Source: an uncultured Parvularculaceae bacterium
GTDB lineage: Bacteria > Pseudomonadota > Alphaproteobacteria > Caulobacterales > Parvularculaceae
Assembly: GCA_938010655.1 (NCBI GenBank)
Contig: CALLVA010000070.1
Coordinates: 1 to 45,839, forward strand
DNA: 45,839 bases
Direction of reading: 5' to 3'
Shown here piece after piece: positions 1 through 10,312 of this stretch. Positions within the stretch are counted from its first letter, which is position 1. Each line of letters begins with the position of its first letter. The notes beneath the pieces were generated by a model. The model was not told the origin of the DNA, made no database searches, and saw only the letters and a list, made by a program, of their open reading frames with translations. The translations under genes were made by a program, and so were the position numbers.

Positions 1-358
1 CCTCAACACCAAGAACCTCACGAGCTTCTTTTTCCCCCATCGAAGACGACGGGGCCGCAGCCGGTTTAGCATTTGGATCAGGCTCCTCCCCCAAATTCCC
101 CAGATCATCATTATGAAGCATCTTGTCGCGCCAGCTTGCCAGAATGGTCATGCCGCCGCCAATTAATGCGACCATAAGGGCCGCCGGTACTATCTTCATA
201 TTGAGCAAAGCCATCGTTAAGCTCGCCACAAATACCCACTGTAGACGCCGCCTAAGCCGAACATTATTCGGCACATATTTGTGCAAAGGGCCAAAATACT
301 TTTCAGGCACAAAGGAAACGCCGCTTATGAAGGCAATGAAAAATAAAAAATAAATCAT
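1..358 (-). CDS. membrane protein, probable J-domain (DnaJ/TIM14-like) protein; only the 5' part is present and it runs off the left edge
   Basis: Absent from the ORF track because no stop codon lies in the window. The reverse frame is open from ATG 358 to position 2 (119 codons). It reads MIYFLFFIAFISG...MKIVPAALMVALIGGGMTILASW (hydrophobic segments), then PDPNAKPAAAPSSSMGEKEAREVLGVE, which resembles the start of a J domain. The start codon is uncertain because there is no clear SD. Confidence 0.4.
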   Translation of the reverse strand, partial: MIYFLFFIAFISGVSFVPEKYFGPLHKYVPNNVRLRRRLQWVFVASLTMALLNMKIVPAALMVALIGGGMTILASWRDKMLHNDDLGNLGEEPDPNAKPAAAPSSSMGEKEAREVLGVE

Positions 359-412
359 AAGAAAAATGAATAGCATAATGGCGTTAAAAAGAAACCATCA
401 TGATTTTAGCGC

Positions 413-441
413 AAAAAAATAGCGGGCCCTAAGGCCCGCTA
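413..441 (-). terminator. rho-independent terminator of the TonB-dependent receptor gene
   Basis: On the minus strand: AGCGGGCC-TTAG-GGCCCGCT followed by ATTTTTTTG, about 26 nt after the stop at 467. Confidence 0.8.
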
Positions 442-466
442 TCATTATGAATGCTGTTTCGTTCAA

Positions 467-3340
467 TTAGAACTTAGAACGGAAACCAGCGTAGAAGTAA
501 CGACCAATTGTATCATATGTACGAACATCAGTGTTGTCATTGAAGGCGTCCACTGAGAGTGGTGGCTCTTCGTCCAACACATTATCAACACCTAGATAAA
601 CCTGCGTCGCAGAATTACCGAGGTCGAAGTCATATGATCCATAAAGATCAAGATATGTGATATTGTCGATTTTACGGAAGTAATTACCAGCTTGCTGATC
701 ACCATAAGTCGATGCAGCTGTTACGCAGGAAAGACCTGCATCAATACCTGGAAGGTTATCCGTTTCACAATCACGACCGAACAGATCGCCAGCAAATTCG
801 CTCACGCCTGCAATGTGACGAACAGATGCCACAACATTGAACGGTCCGTGCTCATAACTTGCACTTGAAGACCAACGTGCTTCTGAGAATAGACCATCCC
901 CATCATCACGTAGGAAACCAGCATGCTCTGTTATTGTACCATCAGATTCAGTTTTGTCGTAGGTTTCATAAATTGTACCTTCCCACTTCAAATCTAAAGT
1001 ACCACCAGTCGGAACTTCAATACCACTCCACTCAGCGAAGAGGTCATAGCCTTCTGCATCAATTCTACCCGCATTTGTTGTCAAATTGCGAATAAGCAAA
1101 GGTGCACCAACGTTTGGTCCAGATGTGAAACGATCGATTTGATCACAGAAAGCACCAGTTGCGGCACATTGCGTCAGAATAACCGAAGCACCAGCAGTTG
1201 TGATTGGGTTTGTCACTTCATATTGGAAGTAATCTACACCAAGGGAAAGACCATCAACTGCAGACGGTTGCCAAATAGCACCCGCTGTGAAGTTTTCAGA
1301 TTCTTCCGGCTGCACACTTGCATTACCACCAACCTGAGTACGAACTTGGCTAGAAGGTTGTGTGAAGCCACCGCTTGGAACGCCATTGGCAATACAAGAA
1401 GGTGTTGGGTTAGATGAACATGGGTCTGTCACGCTCGGGAATGAGAATGAGTTACCACCAAACAAGTCATTAATCTGTGGAGCACGGAATGATGTGTTTG
1501 CAGATGCACGGAGTAACAACTCATCTACTGGACGGTATTCAACACCGACTTTGTAGTTCGTTGTATCGCCGAATGTATCGTAGTCTGAATAACGAAGACC
1601 AACTTCGAAATCTAACTGCTCAGCCAAAGGCTGACCTGAAAGAACAGGAATACGAGCTTCTGCATAGAACTCATCAAGTTCATATCCACCAACTGTTGCT
1701 TGTGACGGCGTACCAGAAGCAGCTGCTCCTAGAGAAGCAACAAGCGCATCAGGTGTAAATTCACCTTCTTCACTCCGGTGAACATAACCAACAACAGCGC
1801 CAACATCACCAGCTGGCAATGAGAACAAGTCAGGCTTCACAACTTCAAAAGAAATCATCTCTGAAGTAGCAGAAGTTGATTCATTTTGCGTAAAGCCAAT
1901 GAAATCAATCATTTCTTGTGTTACTGAGTTTTGACCGAATGGATTGAATGGAACACAATCTGCGTTATCCGCAGCTGTAAACACACCATCACCATCAGTA
2001 TCACAACGCAATACACCGCCATCAAGAGCCGTTGGGCCCACAGCTTCAGCAACATTGTTGAAGTTGATGATTGGACCGAAAGCAGATGTCTGATCAACAT
2101 CGCCATAGGAATATGTAAGTTCCCAATCCCAATTTCCGGCAACTTCACCACGTAGACCAACTACGGTGCGGAAAGTTTGAACCTGGATATCGTTTGTACG
2201 ACCACCAGCTTCAACCAAACGACGACGCCAGTCAGTGATATCTTCACCGAATGGGTTGAACCCGTTATCTGCAGAAATTGGAGCGTCAAAACCGAAGAAC
2301 GCAAATGGCGCCAATGGCACTTCAGCGAGGCGCTGAAGAGATTCACGGTCGATATAGCTTACTTCAGCGAACGCTTCTGTTTCGACGAAGAAGTTACCAC
2401 CAGAAAGAGGCGCAACTTGATGATCACCGATAAACGTCGCAGACCAGCGGTCTACAGGTTGCTTCTGGAAGTTAATAGGTGCGAAGTTATAAGCGTCATT
2501 CGCGAATGTAAACGGACGGAAACCGCTGTTAGATCCGCCAGAAAAGTCTGGGCCTAATGTTTGTGAGCCAGGAAGGCTAGGCACAAAATAACGACCCCAA
2601 GGCGGGGCAGACGAACCACCAGGAACAAGCTCACCACCGATCAAGTCTAGCGCCGTAGCAGCAAACTCACGATCACCAGCTGAAACTGCACCATCGTCAG
2701 TTTTTGAGAAGTTGATTGCAAAGCCACCATTTTCAGTACGTGCACCGAATGTCGCAGCTAGATCACGACTACTTGCGTCGTCTTCGCTTGAAATGCCCTC
2801 TTGGAAGCTGAGTTCAAAACCTTCGAAATCATCTTTCAAAATAACGTTCACAACACCAGCAACAGCGTCAGCGCCGTATACTGTAGAAGCACCACTTTTC
2901 AGCACTTCAACGCGCTTAATCAAAGATACTGGGATTGTCTGTAGATCCACTTGACCGCTCAAACCAGCAGAACTGTCAGGAACGCGACGACCATTAACAA
3001 GAACAAGCGTCCGCTCGGAGCCTAGACCACGAAGAGAGATCTGCTCAGATCCGCCGCCGCCATTGTTAATTGTTGTTGTTTGCGCTCCACCAGCAACTGA
3101 TGGAATTTCACGCAATAGACGACCAATAGACACGGTACCAGATGTTTGAATTGCTTCTTCATCATAGACGGCAACCGGGCTTGGACCTTCTAGGTCAGCA
3201 CGTGGAATTTTCGAACCGGTAACAACAATTGTGTCACCTTCGTCTTCGTCCTGCGCGAAGGCAGGCATGGCCACAGCCATAGCCATCCCAGCGAGGACAG
3301 TTGATTGAAGCAGATGCTTCGAGAAAGAATATTTAGACAT
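467..3340 (-). CDS. TonB-dependent outer-membrane receptor
   Basis: 957 aa. Signal peptide ends ...AMPAFA/QDE. Plug-region motifs DTIVVTGSKIPR and EVLKSGASTVYGADAVAGVVNVILK are present. The long beta-barrel ends in a terminal aromatic residue (YAGFRSKF). SD GGAGGG lies upstream of ATG 3340. Confidence 0.93.
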   Translation of the reverse strand: MSKYSFSKHLLQSTVLAGMAMAVAMPAFAQDEDEGDTIVVTGSKIPRADLEGPSPVAVYDEEAIQTSGTVSIGRLLREIPSVAGGAQTTTINNGGGGSEQISLRGLGSERTLVLVNGRRVPDSSAGLSGQVDLQTIPVSLIKRVEVLKSGASTVYGADAVAGVVNVILKDDFEGFELSFQEGISSEDDASSRDLAATFGARTENGGFAINFSKTDDGAVSAGDREFAATALDLIGGELVPGGSSAPPWGRYFVPSLPGSQTLGPDFSGGSNSGFRPFTFANDAYNFAPINFQKQPVDRWSATFIGDHQVAPLSGGNFFVETEAFAEVSYIDRESLQRLAEVPLAPFAFFGFDAPISADNGFNPFGEDITDWRRRLVEAGGRTNDIQVQTFRTVVGLRGEVAGNWDWELTYSYGDVDQTSAFGPIINFNNVAEAVGPTALDGGVLRCDTDGDGVFTAADNADCVPFNPFGQNSVTQEMIDFIGFTQNESTSATSEMISFEVVKPDLFSLPAGDVGAVVGYVHRSEEGEFTPDALVASLGAAASGTPSQATVGGYELDEFYAEARIPVLSGQPLAEQLDFEVGLRYSDYDTFGDTTNYKVGVEYRPVDELLLRASANTSFRAPQINDLFGGNSFSFPSVTDPCSSNPTPSCIANGVPSGGFTQPSSQVRTQVGGNASVQPEESENFTAGAIWQPSAVDGLSLGVDYFQYEVTNPITTAGASVILTQCAATGAFCDQIDRFTSGPNVGAPLLIRNLTTNAGRIDAEGYDLFAEWSGIEVPTGGTLDLKWEGTIYETYDKTESDGTITEHAGFLRDDGDGLFSEARWSSSASYEHGPFNVVASVRHIAGVSEFAGDLFGRDCETDNLPGIDAGLSCVTAASTYGDQQAGNYFRKIDNITYLDLYGSYDFDLGNSATQVYLGVDNVLDEEPPLSVDAFNDNTDVRTYDTIGRYFYAGFRSKF

Positions 3341-3672
3341 ATATGTAAGCCCTCCAGCTTAGTTAGGGTATCGGTCATTCTAAAACCCGATACCGTCTTC
3401 CTTAAAGGTCTCTTTTTTCGAGCCCTCGAGGAACATAAAAGGTAAATTATGCGCCCCTAAAAGGCACCTATTCTATGTTCTCTGATGAGTCGATTAGGCT
3501 ATGAGTATGACTTTTGTGTTAACACCGTCAAGGAACTGTATCATTTAGAGGCACGATGTTGGCATGGATGTTGCTGTTAAGTCACAAAATAGCTAAGCGT
3601 CAATAGATATAAGGATTCCGTGTTAATACCTTGCGGGCATAGGCGCTTCGAACAAACACAAGGCAAGAATAT

Positions 3673-3700
3673 GCATCACCAGAAAACGTCCTGATGATGC
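3673..3700 (-). terminator. possible terminator hairpin downstream of the P-II gene
   Basis: A 10-bp stem (GCATCATCAG / CTGGTGATGC, one G:U pair) with an 8-nt loop lies about 30 nt past the stop. The T tract after it is weak. Confidence 0.35.
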
Positions 3701-3731
3701 CAGATTATTTCAAAATACGTATTATTTGGGT

Positions 3732-4085
<354 letters not shown>

Positions 4086-4317
4086 TTATAAATACGGTGT
4101 TTTTTCGAATATTTTGACATAATGCACTATTCATGTGTGCAACGCAACAAATTGTTGTGGCTCTTTTTGCACAAACCCGACAATCACCCCTTGTTTACCA
4201 AGGGGTGATAGAAAAAAGAAGGGGGAGACGCCCAAAGTCTTGCTTTGGGCAAACTTTTATCGACAAAAGATCTAAGGAAGCACCGCCAACGCAGGGCGTC
4301 ATTAAGTCTCGTTCGTC

Positions 4318-4611
4318 TTAAACGCTGTTGGCCAACAATGTGCCCTTGCGGGTTGCAAGCCACTGACGCGCTTGGCGCTGAGCTTCTGAAACCTGTTCTG
4401 ACGTCATTTCGAGCATAAGCTCCTTGCGACAGACAAGCGCCTTGGCATATCCCTGCATCGCAGCGAGATTGAACCATTTATGCGCAACAACAACATCATA
4501 CGAATCGCCTGGTCCTGGAATAGAAGCTTCAATGCCCCGGCGATACATGTCTTCTGGTGTGAGGATTTTTTCAGCGCCCTCAACAACGCTTGGATCGATA
4601 CTTACGGACAT
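4318..4611 (-). CDS. small Sel1/TPR-like repeat protein
   Basis: HKWFNLAAMQGYAKALVCRKELMLEMT resembles a Sel1 repeat. I placed the start at ATG 4611 (SD GAGGGG 6 nt upstream) instead of the GTG at 4629 used by the track. Confidence 0.55.
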   Translation of the reverse strand: MSVSIDPSVVEGAEKILTPEDMYRRGIEASIPGPGDSYDVVVAHKWFNLAAMQGYAKALVCRKELMLEMTSEQVSEAQRQARQWLATRKGTLLANSV

Positions 4612-4816
4612 TTCTGGCCCCTCTTGCACTCTTCAATTTTGGGGCCCTCGCCCCGGCTTTAGATAGTCGAGGCTATTAGTTGCCTCTTTGCTATGGAGAG
4701 TTTGATAGGCACAGAGTGAAGATCACGTTAAAGTGATCTTAGGGCTTTGTTGATATTTTGGTGAGGATTTGTTTACCATATATCAAATTTGATACAATAG
4801 TACGTATACTGTTTTT

Positions 4817-5773
4817 TTAATTTGACTTGATACCCATAAGCATATCAAAGCCGCTTGCGATATTGATGTTCTGCATTGCCTGAACCGCTGCACCTTTTTG
4901 CAAGTTATCTTCAATACAAACCACGACACCATGAAGGCCATCTTCAGAAACACTAAAGCCACCAAGGCGCGCGCCCTCCATGTCCGTACCTTGCTTTAAT
5001 TCAGGTGTTTCTTGTTGCACCTCAATCAACATATCATCTTTATACTGATTTTTATAAAGATGATATAATTCTTCTTGAGTGATAGGGGTTGAAAACTGAA
5101 GGTGAACTGTTGCCAATATGCCTGAAAATGCAGGATGCACATGAGGGGAAAAATATATCTCTCGCCCTAAATGCCGGCTCATTTCTTTTTCGTGAATATG
5201 CCCGATTAATTTATAGGGCACTAAATTATTTTCCAACCGTGCCGGATCATTCATGGGGCTTGGCTTCGTCCCCGCCCCAGAAAACCCTGAAACCGCGAAA
5301 ATACTTGGCGCTTGGCTCAGAAGCGGCAGAACAGGATATACGGCTAGCTGCCCCGCCGTGGCATAACAACCGGGATTAGATATTCTCTTAGCCTGCTGCA
5401 AATCTTCGCGCTGACCATAAAGTTCAGGCAAGCCATAAGCCCAATCTGCATCAAACCGATAATCCGCAGACAGATCAATGATCAATGTCTCCGGTGATGT
5501 ATCTTCAAACGCCTTTACATAAGGCGCAGCAAGGCCATTGGGTAATCCCAAAATAACGATATCCGCATGGCGCTCGGCAGCATCTTGAGGCGTCAGCTCT
5601 TCAATCACCAATGCTCCTGCCGCTGGCGCGAGAACAGAGACGGGCTGGCCCGCCAGATCTCTGGAAGAGGCATAGGCCAAGATTAAATTTGGATGCTGCG
5701 CAATCAGCCGTAATATTTCGCGGCCAACATAGCCCCGCGCGCCGATTAAGCCGATGGTTTTCTCTACGCTCAT
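4817..5773 (-). CDS. argC: N-acetyl-gamma-glutamyl-phosphate reductase (short type)
   Basis: 318 aa. N-terminal Rossmann motif GLIGARGYVGREI and catalytic-Cys motif SNPGCYAT. The ATG overlaps the stop of the upstream gene (TAATG at 5771-5775). Confidence 0.9.
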   Translation of the reverse strand: MSVEKTIGLIGARGYVGREILRLIAQHPNLILAYASSRDLAGQPVSVLAPAAGALVIEELTPQDAAERHADIVILGLPNGLAAPYVKAFEDTSPETLIIDLSADYRFDADWAYGLPELYGQREDLQQAKRISNPGCYATAGQLAVYPVLPLLSQAPSIFAVSGFSGAGTKPSPMNDPARLENNLVPYKLIGHIHEKEMSRHLGREIYFSPHVHPAFSGILATVHLQFSTPITQEELYHLYKNQYKDDMLIEVQQETPELKQGTDMEGARLGGFSVSEDGLHGVVVCIEDNLQKGAAVQAMQNINIASGFDMLMGIKSN

Positions 5774-7086
5774 TACAGAAAGCTCTCTTGCATTTCCGCA
5801 ATTTCCGTGACTAAGGGCGCGGCCTGATCCAACGTCAAATCACCATTCCAAAATATCGTCCATTTGCCGCGACGCACAGCGCCATCGCATAAGCCGCGAT
5901 AAAAATCAGTAAACCCATTATCGTTCCGAGATCGAAGGAAAAAGACGGGATGCGTTTCGGCCAATTTTTGCCAAACGGTTTTCGCCAATCCCTCGCCCCT
6001 CGCGCTTTCCGAAACCGCGAATTTATCAAGATAAGGCGTTCCATCGCTGAGTTTCGTGACAAGGGCTGCGACACGATATTCTTCACTGACAATGGCATTG
6101 ATCACTTGCAAATCGTCCCACCAGTCATCTTTAATGTCGCGACCAAATGCTTCTGTCACCAAAGCGGATAATCGCGCGCGATTAATTTCATCTTTGCTCT
6201 CACGCAAATATACCTGCTCTCCGCGGCGTACATTTGTCCCAGCGCCGCCATGGGTAAACAGTTCACGGATGAGTTGGTCCGGGCTAGTAATGGAAATTGA
6301 ACTTTCTAAAGGCAGACTATCCAAAAGCCGCTTGATTTCCTGCAACTTCAGTTTCATGCCAGAATGGACCCAGCTCTCCGTCATGAGCTGATCATAATCC
6401 ATTTTCAGATTGATCGAATCGATAATAGTATTTTCATCATCCAGCAGCCCCCCAACGCCTGTGAGAAACACAATTTTCATTGGCTGTAGCCCATGGACCA
6501 AAGCAGCGACCACCGCGTCGCCATTAATATTGACCAATTGCCCGCCTGGCGCGACACCAAGACAGGTCATGATCGGTATCGCGCCTGTTTGAATAATTGA
6601 ATGAAGTTGCGCGCTCTGAATAGATTTTGCTTCGCCCACAAATCCATATTTTTCTCGGTCTTTAAACTCTGCTTCAATGACCCCAGAATTCACCGAATGC
6701 GCCTCAACCCCTTGGCGGCGGACGGCCTCAACAAGCTTTAAATTTTGTTCCAAAAAAACCTTCCGCGCAATGTCCAACACCTCTGGCGTTGTCACGCGTA
6801 GTCCGTCTAATTTTTTTGTTTCTATATTGGCGTCTTCAAGCGCCCGATCCAATTGTGGGCCGCCGCCATGAATCACCACTGGCGTTAAGCCTACTTGATG
6901 CAAAAAAGCCAAAGCCGAGGCGGTTGCTTCCAATTCCTCTTCAATAATGGCACCGCCAATTTTAATCACCGCGAATCGGTCCCCCGCGCCGGCGAAGCGC
7001 TGCAAATAAGTGCGCACCTCTTTGGAGCCGCTCATATTTGACATGAGTTGAACGATTGTATCGCGAATTGAGGGATTGGTTGGCAT
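5773..7086 (-). CDS. argB: bifunctional N-acetylglutamate synthase/kinase (amino-acid kinase domain fused to a GNAT-like domain)
   Basis: 437 aa. The N-terminal amino-acid kinase fold shows AVIKIGGAII and VVIHGGGPQL. The C-terminal ~150 aa acetyltransferase-like region shows YLDKFAVSESARGEGLAKTVWQKL. It appears translationally coupled to argC. Confidence 0.8.
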   Translation of the reverse strand: MPTNPSIRDTIVQLMSNMSGSKEVRTYLQRFAGAGDRFAVIKIGGAIIEEELEATASALAFLHQVGLTPVVIHGGGPQLDRALEDANIETKKLDGLRVTTPEVLDIARKVFLEQNLKLVEAVRRQGVEAHSVNSGVIEAEFKDREKYGFVGEAKSIQSAQLHSIIQTGAIPIMTCLGVAPGGQLVNINGDAVVAALVHGLQPMKIVFLTGVGGLLDDENTIIDSINLKMDYDQLMTESWVHSGMKLKLQEIKRLLDSLPLESSISITSPDQLIRELFTHGGAGTNVRRGEQVYLRESKDEINRARLSALVTEAFGRDIKDDWWDDLQVINAIVSEEYRVAALVTKLSDGTPYLDKFAVSESARGEGLAKTVWQKLAETHPVFFLRSRNDNGFTDFYRGLCDGAVRRGKWTIFWNGDLTLDQAAPLVTEIAEMQESFL

Positions 7087-7171
7087 TTTCTTGTCATTCT
7101 TTCGATTAAACAGTGTGCCTTATAAGGAGGACACCGACATAAGGAAAGAGCCGAAAAGAAGCCAAAATGCT

Positions 7172-7489
7172 CTAAGCGAGTTTCAATTTCTGACGATCAA
7201 AAATTTTCAATACAGCTGATAATTCCTGCCCTCGGCGCAAAACTTGTCCTGAAGCATTGACCACGCAATAGGCCCCTTGTTTTCGAGCAAGTTTTGGTTG
7301 TTTTTCTATTCGATAAAGCGGCGCTTCAGAGGCACGACGAAAAACGGAAAAAACCGCCATATCAGGCAAGCTATCAATGGCATAATCTTTCCAATCCCCT
7401 GAGGCGACGAAAAAGCCATATAAGCCAAGAATCTTATCCATTTCCTGGCGCGTAAAATATACAGGTTCAGCGTTTTTTTGCATAAACAT
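7172..7489 (-). CDS. DUF2794-family protein (conserved alphaproteobacterial hypothetical)
   Basis: 105 aa. The motifs WKDYAID...MAVFSVFRRASEAPLYRIEK...LARKQGAY match the DUF2794 pattern as I recall it. Confidence 0.65.
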   Translation of the reverse strand: MFMQKNAEPVYFTRQEMDKILGLYGFFVASGDWKDYAIDSLPDMAVFSVFRRASEAPLYRIEKQPKLARKQGAYCVVNASGQVLRRGQELSAVLKIFDRQKLKLA

Positions 7490-7902
7490 AAAGTATCATG
7501 GCTTGCAGGCTGTTCAAGGGCTTCAATGATTTTGTCAGCACTTGGCATGGATGAGGGGTGTTGATCTTGTTGCGATCTTTTACTGTCGGCAAAATTTTGA
7601 ATAATTTGATCAATCGCGCATGACGTGTGGCAAGGGGACTATTTTGCTTTTTAAACGCCACATATCCATAAATCGCCACATTTCGAGCGTTTCAGCGCCT
7701 AATTCAGGGCGCTAATTGCAATCATCAGACGGGTGGATTTCCTATCTCCGGTTATTTGCCCCCCAGCCCCCGGCGGCAGAAATGACCCGTCTGATACTAT
7801 TTCCCATCTTTCGATCAGCATTCTCCTCAAATCTTCAAACGATTTTGTTGAAAAGATCTTGCCCTATTTGACCTCCCTTCCCAAGCTGCCTATGGCACTA
7901 TT

Positions 7903-8871
7903 ATGGCCCTATTCCTCACCCTTGTTTTACCGCTTTATTTAATTATCGGGCTTGGGGTGATTGCTGGCTTCTTCAAAATTTTGGGTGAAGGCGAAGCAAA
8001 GGCGCTGTTGGCTTATGTCTTCTCCTTTGCCATGCCGATTGCGGTTTTCAACTTTTTTATTAATTCTCCCCCCGTGGGGCTGGATATCCTGCCGATGATG
8101 GGCGGCTATTTCATTGCCCTGATTTTAATGTTCCCATTCGCCACTTGGGTAGGCTTAAAGCTTCACGCTTATCCGATGCGGGTCGCCGGGGGGCACGCTT
8201 TTACGTCGATCTGCGGGAATGCTGTTTTTCTGGGCCTGCCAATCGCGATGGCGATTGAAGGATGGGGACCGCCATTTTTGATGTTAATGGTGGTTGAAGG
8301 CATCATCGTCTTTGGCGTCGGCACGGCTTTAATGACATGGCCTGAAAAACAAGCCGCCAAAAATACCTTAGGTCATACCGCCTTTGCCCAACTCTTCGGC
8401 AATATTTTCTCTGGCGCAGGCAGAGCTTTGCGCAATCCGATCGTCTTCTCTGCGATTTTGGGGGCCATTTTATCACAATTTCAACCAACCCTTCCCGCGC
8501 CTTTATCCATAACTATGGACAAAGTGGGCGCAACGGCAGGCCCAACGGGGCTTTTTGTGATTGGCCTGTCTCTCGCAATGCTGCCGCGAGCATCTTACAA
8601 AAGACTCTTGCCGGCCATAACCAGCGTCACGCTCCTAAAACTTGTGATGCTCCCCATTTTAACAGGCGGCATCGTTTGGGTAATGACCGGCGGCAACCCG
8701 ACGCTGCTTGGTCCCGCCATATTAATGACCGCAATGCCCTCGGCGGTTGCTTCTGTGGTTTATGCCAGCCGATATGAAGTTTTCAACGAAGAGGCCGCAG
8801 CTTGTGTGACCGTTGGCACCGCAATTTCTCTTATCACCATCCCTATTATTCTTGCCCTTTTCGGCGGGTAG
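7903..8871 (+). CDS. AEC (auxin efflux carrier) family permease
   Basis: 322 aa with about 10 predicted TM segments. The N-terminus (LPLYLIIGLGVIAG) and the two-halves architecture are typical of the family. Confidence 0.8.
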   Translation: MALFLTLVLPLYLIIGLGVIAGFFKILGEGEAKALLAYVFSFAMPIAVFNFFINSPPVGLDILPMMGGYFIALILMFPFATWVGLKLHAYPMRVAGGHAFTSICGNAVFLGLPIAMAIEGWGPPFLMLMVVEGIIVFGVGTALMTWPEKQAAKNTLGHTAFAQLFGNIFSGAGRALRNPIVFSAILGAILSQFQPTLPAPLSITMDKVGATAGPTGLFVIGLSLAMLPRASYKRLLPAITSVTLLKLVMLPILTGGIVWVMTGGNPTLLGPAILMTAMPSAVASVVYASRYEVFNEEAAACVTVGTAISLITIPIILALFGG

Positions 8872-8943
8872 GTTATCGTCTTCGCAACTGCAATATAAAT
8901 CGCTGTTTTTGCTAAAAAGACATAAGCGTGAGGAAATGACGAT

Positions 8944-9822
8944 ATGGCTACTGTGAAAAAAATTGGGGTGATCGGCGCGGGACAGATGGGCGCAGGCATT
9001 TCCCATGTTTTTGCCCTTGGCGGGTATGATGTCCTGCTGAATGACATGAACCCCGATGCCATTACCGCAGCGCGTAGTAAAATTGAAAAAAATATGGGCC
9101 GTCAATTGGCCAAAGACCTGATCACGCAAGATGAACTTCAAGCAGGCATGGCGCGAATTGCCGGAACCCCTTCTTTCGATGATCTCGCAGACTGCGACAT
9201 GGTGATTGAAGCCGCGACCGAAAATGCCGACGTGAAGAAAAAAATCTTCAGCGCTCTATCCAAAATTTTAAAGCCAGAAGGCATCATCGCCACGAATACG
9301 TCGTCCATTTCCATCACAGCCCTTGGCGCGGTGACCGATAGGCCAGAAAAATTTATCGGCGTCCATTTTATGAATCCTGTGCCGATTATGCGTCTTGTCG
9401 AAATTATTGGCGGTATCGCAACCAGCCAGCAAACTTTTGAAACCGCCAGCAACATTGTGCAAGGCCTCGGCAAAACCACCGCCGTTTCAGAAGACTTCCC
9501 CGCTTTCATCGTCAATCGCATTTTGATGCCGATGATTAATGAAGCCATTTACACTTTATATGAAGGCGTCGGCACTGTTTCAGCGATTGATACAGGCATG
9601 AAGCTCGGTGCCAACCACCCAATGGGGCCTTTGGAACTTGCGGATTTTATCGGGTTGGATACGTGTCTTTCGATCATGCAAGTGCTGTATGAAGGCTTAT
9701 CGGATTCAAAATATCGCCCCTGCCCGCTTTTGATTAAATATGTTGAAGCAGGCTGGCTTGGTCGCAAAACAGGCCGTGGATTTTATGATTATTCCGGGGA
9801 TACGCCAGTACCGACCCGATAG
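8944..9822 (+). CDS. hbd: 3-hydroxybutyryl-CoA dehydrogenase
   Basis: 292 aa. NAD-binding motif IGVIGAGQMGAGI, plus NTSSISIT, GVHFMNPVP, FIVNRILMPMINEA and the C-terminal LGRKTGRGFYDY. Confidence 0.9.
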   Translation: MATVKKIGVIGAGQMGAGISHVFALGGYDVLLNDMNPDAITAARSKIEKNMGRQLAKDLITQDELQAGMARIAGTPSFDDLADCDMVIEAATENADVKKKIFSALSKILKPEGIIATNTSSISITALGAVTDRPEKFIGVHFMNPVPIMRLVEIIGGIATSQQTFETASNIVQGLGKTTAVSEDFPAFIVNRILMPMINEAIYTLYEGVGTVSAIDTGMKLGANHPMGPLELADFIGLDTCLSIMQVLYEGLSDSKYRPCPLLIKYVEAGWLGRKTGRGFYDYSGDTPVPTR

Positions 9823-9845
9823 GTCTTCTCTAAAATTGGCGCAGC

Positions 9846-10205
9846 CTATCGGCCAATAAATCTCTTGATCACAGCGACAAGTGAAATCAACAACATAAAC
9901 GCAACGACATATCCCAATATATCGTATAGCGAGAGCGTAATAACATCGCGCCATGCTTGTGAGCCGATCTTATTCCATGTGGCAAAAGAAAACCGATCTG
10001 GCATTCTCATAACCGAAGCAAGAAGCGATACTATCCCAAAAATCAATACGCCAGAAACACTCCGTCCAAAGAGGTTATTTACATGTTTGAGATTAAGCCC
10101 AAGCAAAATGGCGATAATAATGATAAAAGCGAGTTCTTGGGTCGACGCACCTCTAAGGGTTGTCGCCATCGCATTGGACATGTCTGTTAAGATCGTTGTT
10201 AGCAT
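9846..10205 (-). CDS. small integral membrane protein, unknown function
   Basis: About 119 aa from ATG 10205 (the track ORF starts at 10244) with 3 hydrophobic helices. No recognisable motifs. Confidence 0.45.
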   Translation of the reverse strand: MLTTILTDMSNAMATTLRGASTQELAFIIIIAILLGLNLKHVNNLFGRSVSGVLIFGIVSLLASVMRMPDRFSFATWNKIGSQAWRDVITLSLYDILGYVVAFMLLISLVAVIKRFIGR

Positions 10206-10312
10206 GATACCCACCTCAATTTTGATGAATGAATATCGTATCAACGAAAAAAGAAAAGGCCAGCACCTATTATAGACGCTGACCCTTAGCTATATTGAAA
10301 ATCATATGGCTC

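Noticed and set aside
123-353. The 76-aa plus-strand ORF at the left edge.
   Set aside because: It is antisense to a longer open frame that reaches the window edge and has TM segments and a J-domain-like end. It has no SD and an odd composition.
859-2954. Multiple 60-126-aa plus-strand ORFs inside the TonB-dependent receptor gene. Similar antisense ORFs occur inside the Nramp-like gene (24065..24878), the coiled-coil gene (31414..32005), dctM (38223..38639) and elsewhere.
   Set aside because: They are shadow ORFs antisense to, or out of frame with, long well-supported genes. They have no independent start signals or motifs.
3341-3480. A possible riboswitch in the leader of the TonB-dependent receptor gene. 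An 8-bp hairpin GGTATCGG...CCGATACC sits just before the SD.
   Set aside because: It is only a single hairpin. I see no cobalamin, TPP or other riboswitch core sequences. It would need an Rfam scan to say more.
4158-4171. A sigma-54-like TGGCTC-N5-TGCA near the P-II gene.
   Set aside because: It is on the wrong strand for glnB, and the GG-to-GC spacing is 10 where the canonical spacing is 12.
4781-4794. A perfect 14-nt palindrome TATCAAATTTGATA between argC and the Sel1-like gene.
   Set aside because: It is AT-only and short, so it could easily arise by chance in an AT-rich spacer. It is not followed by a T tract and cannot be tied to any regulator.
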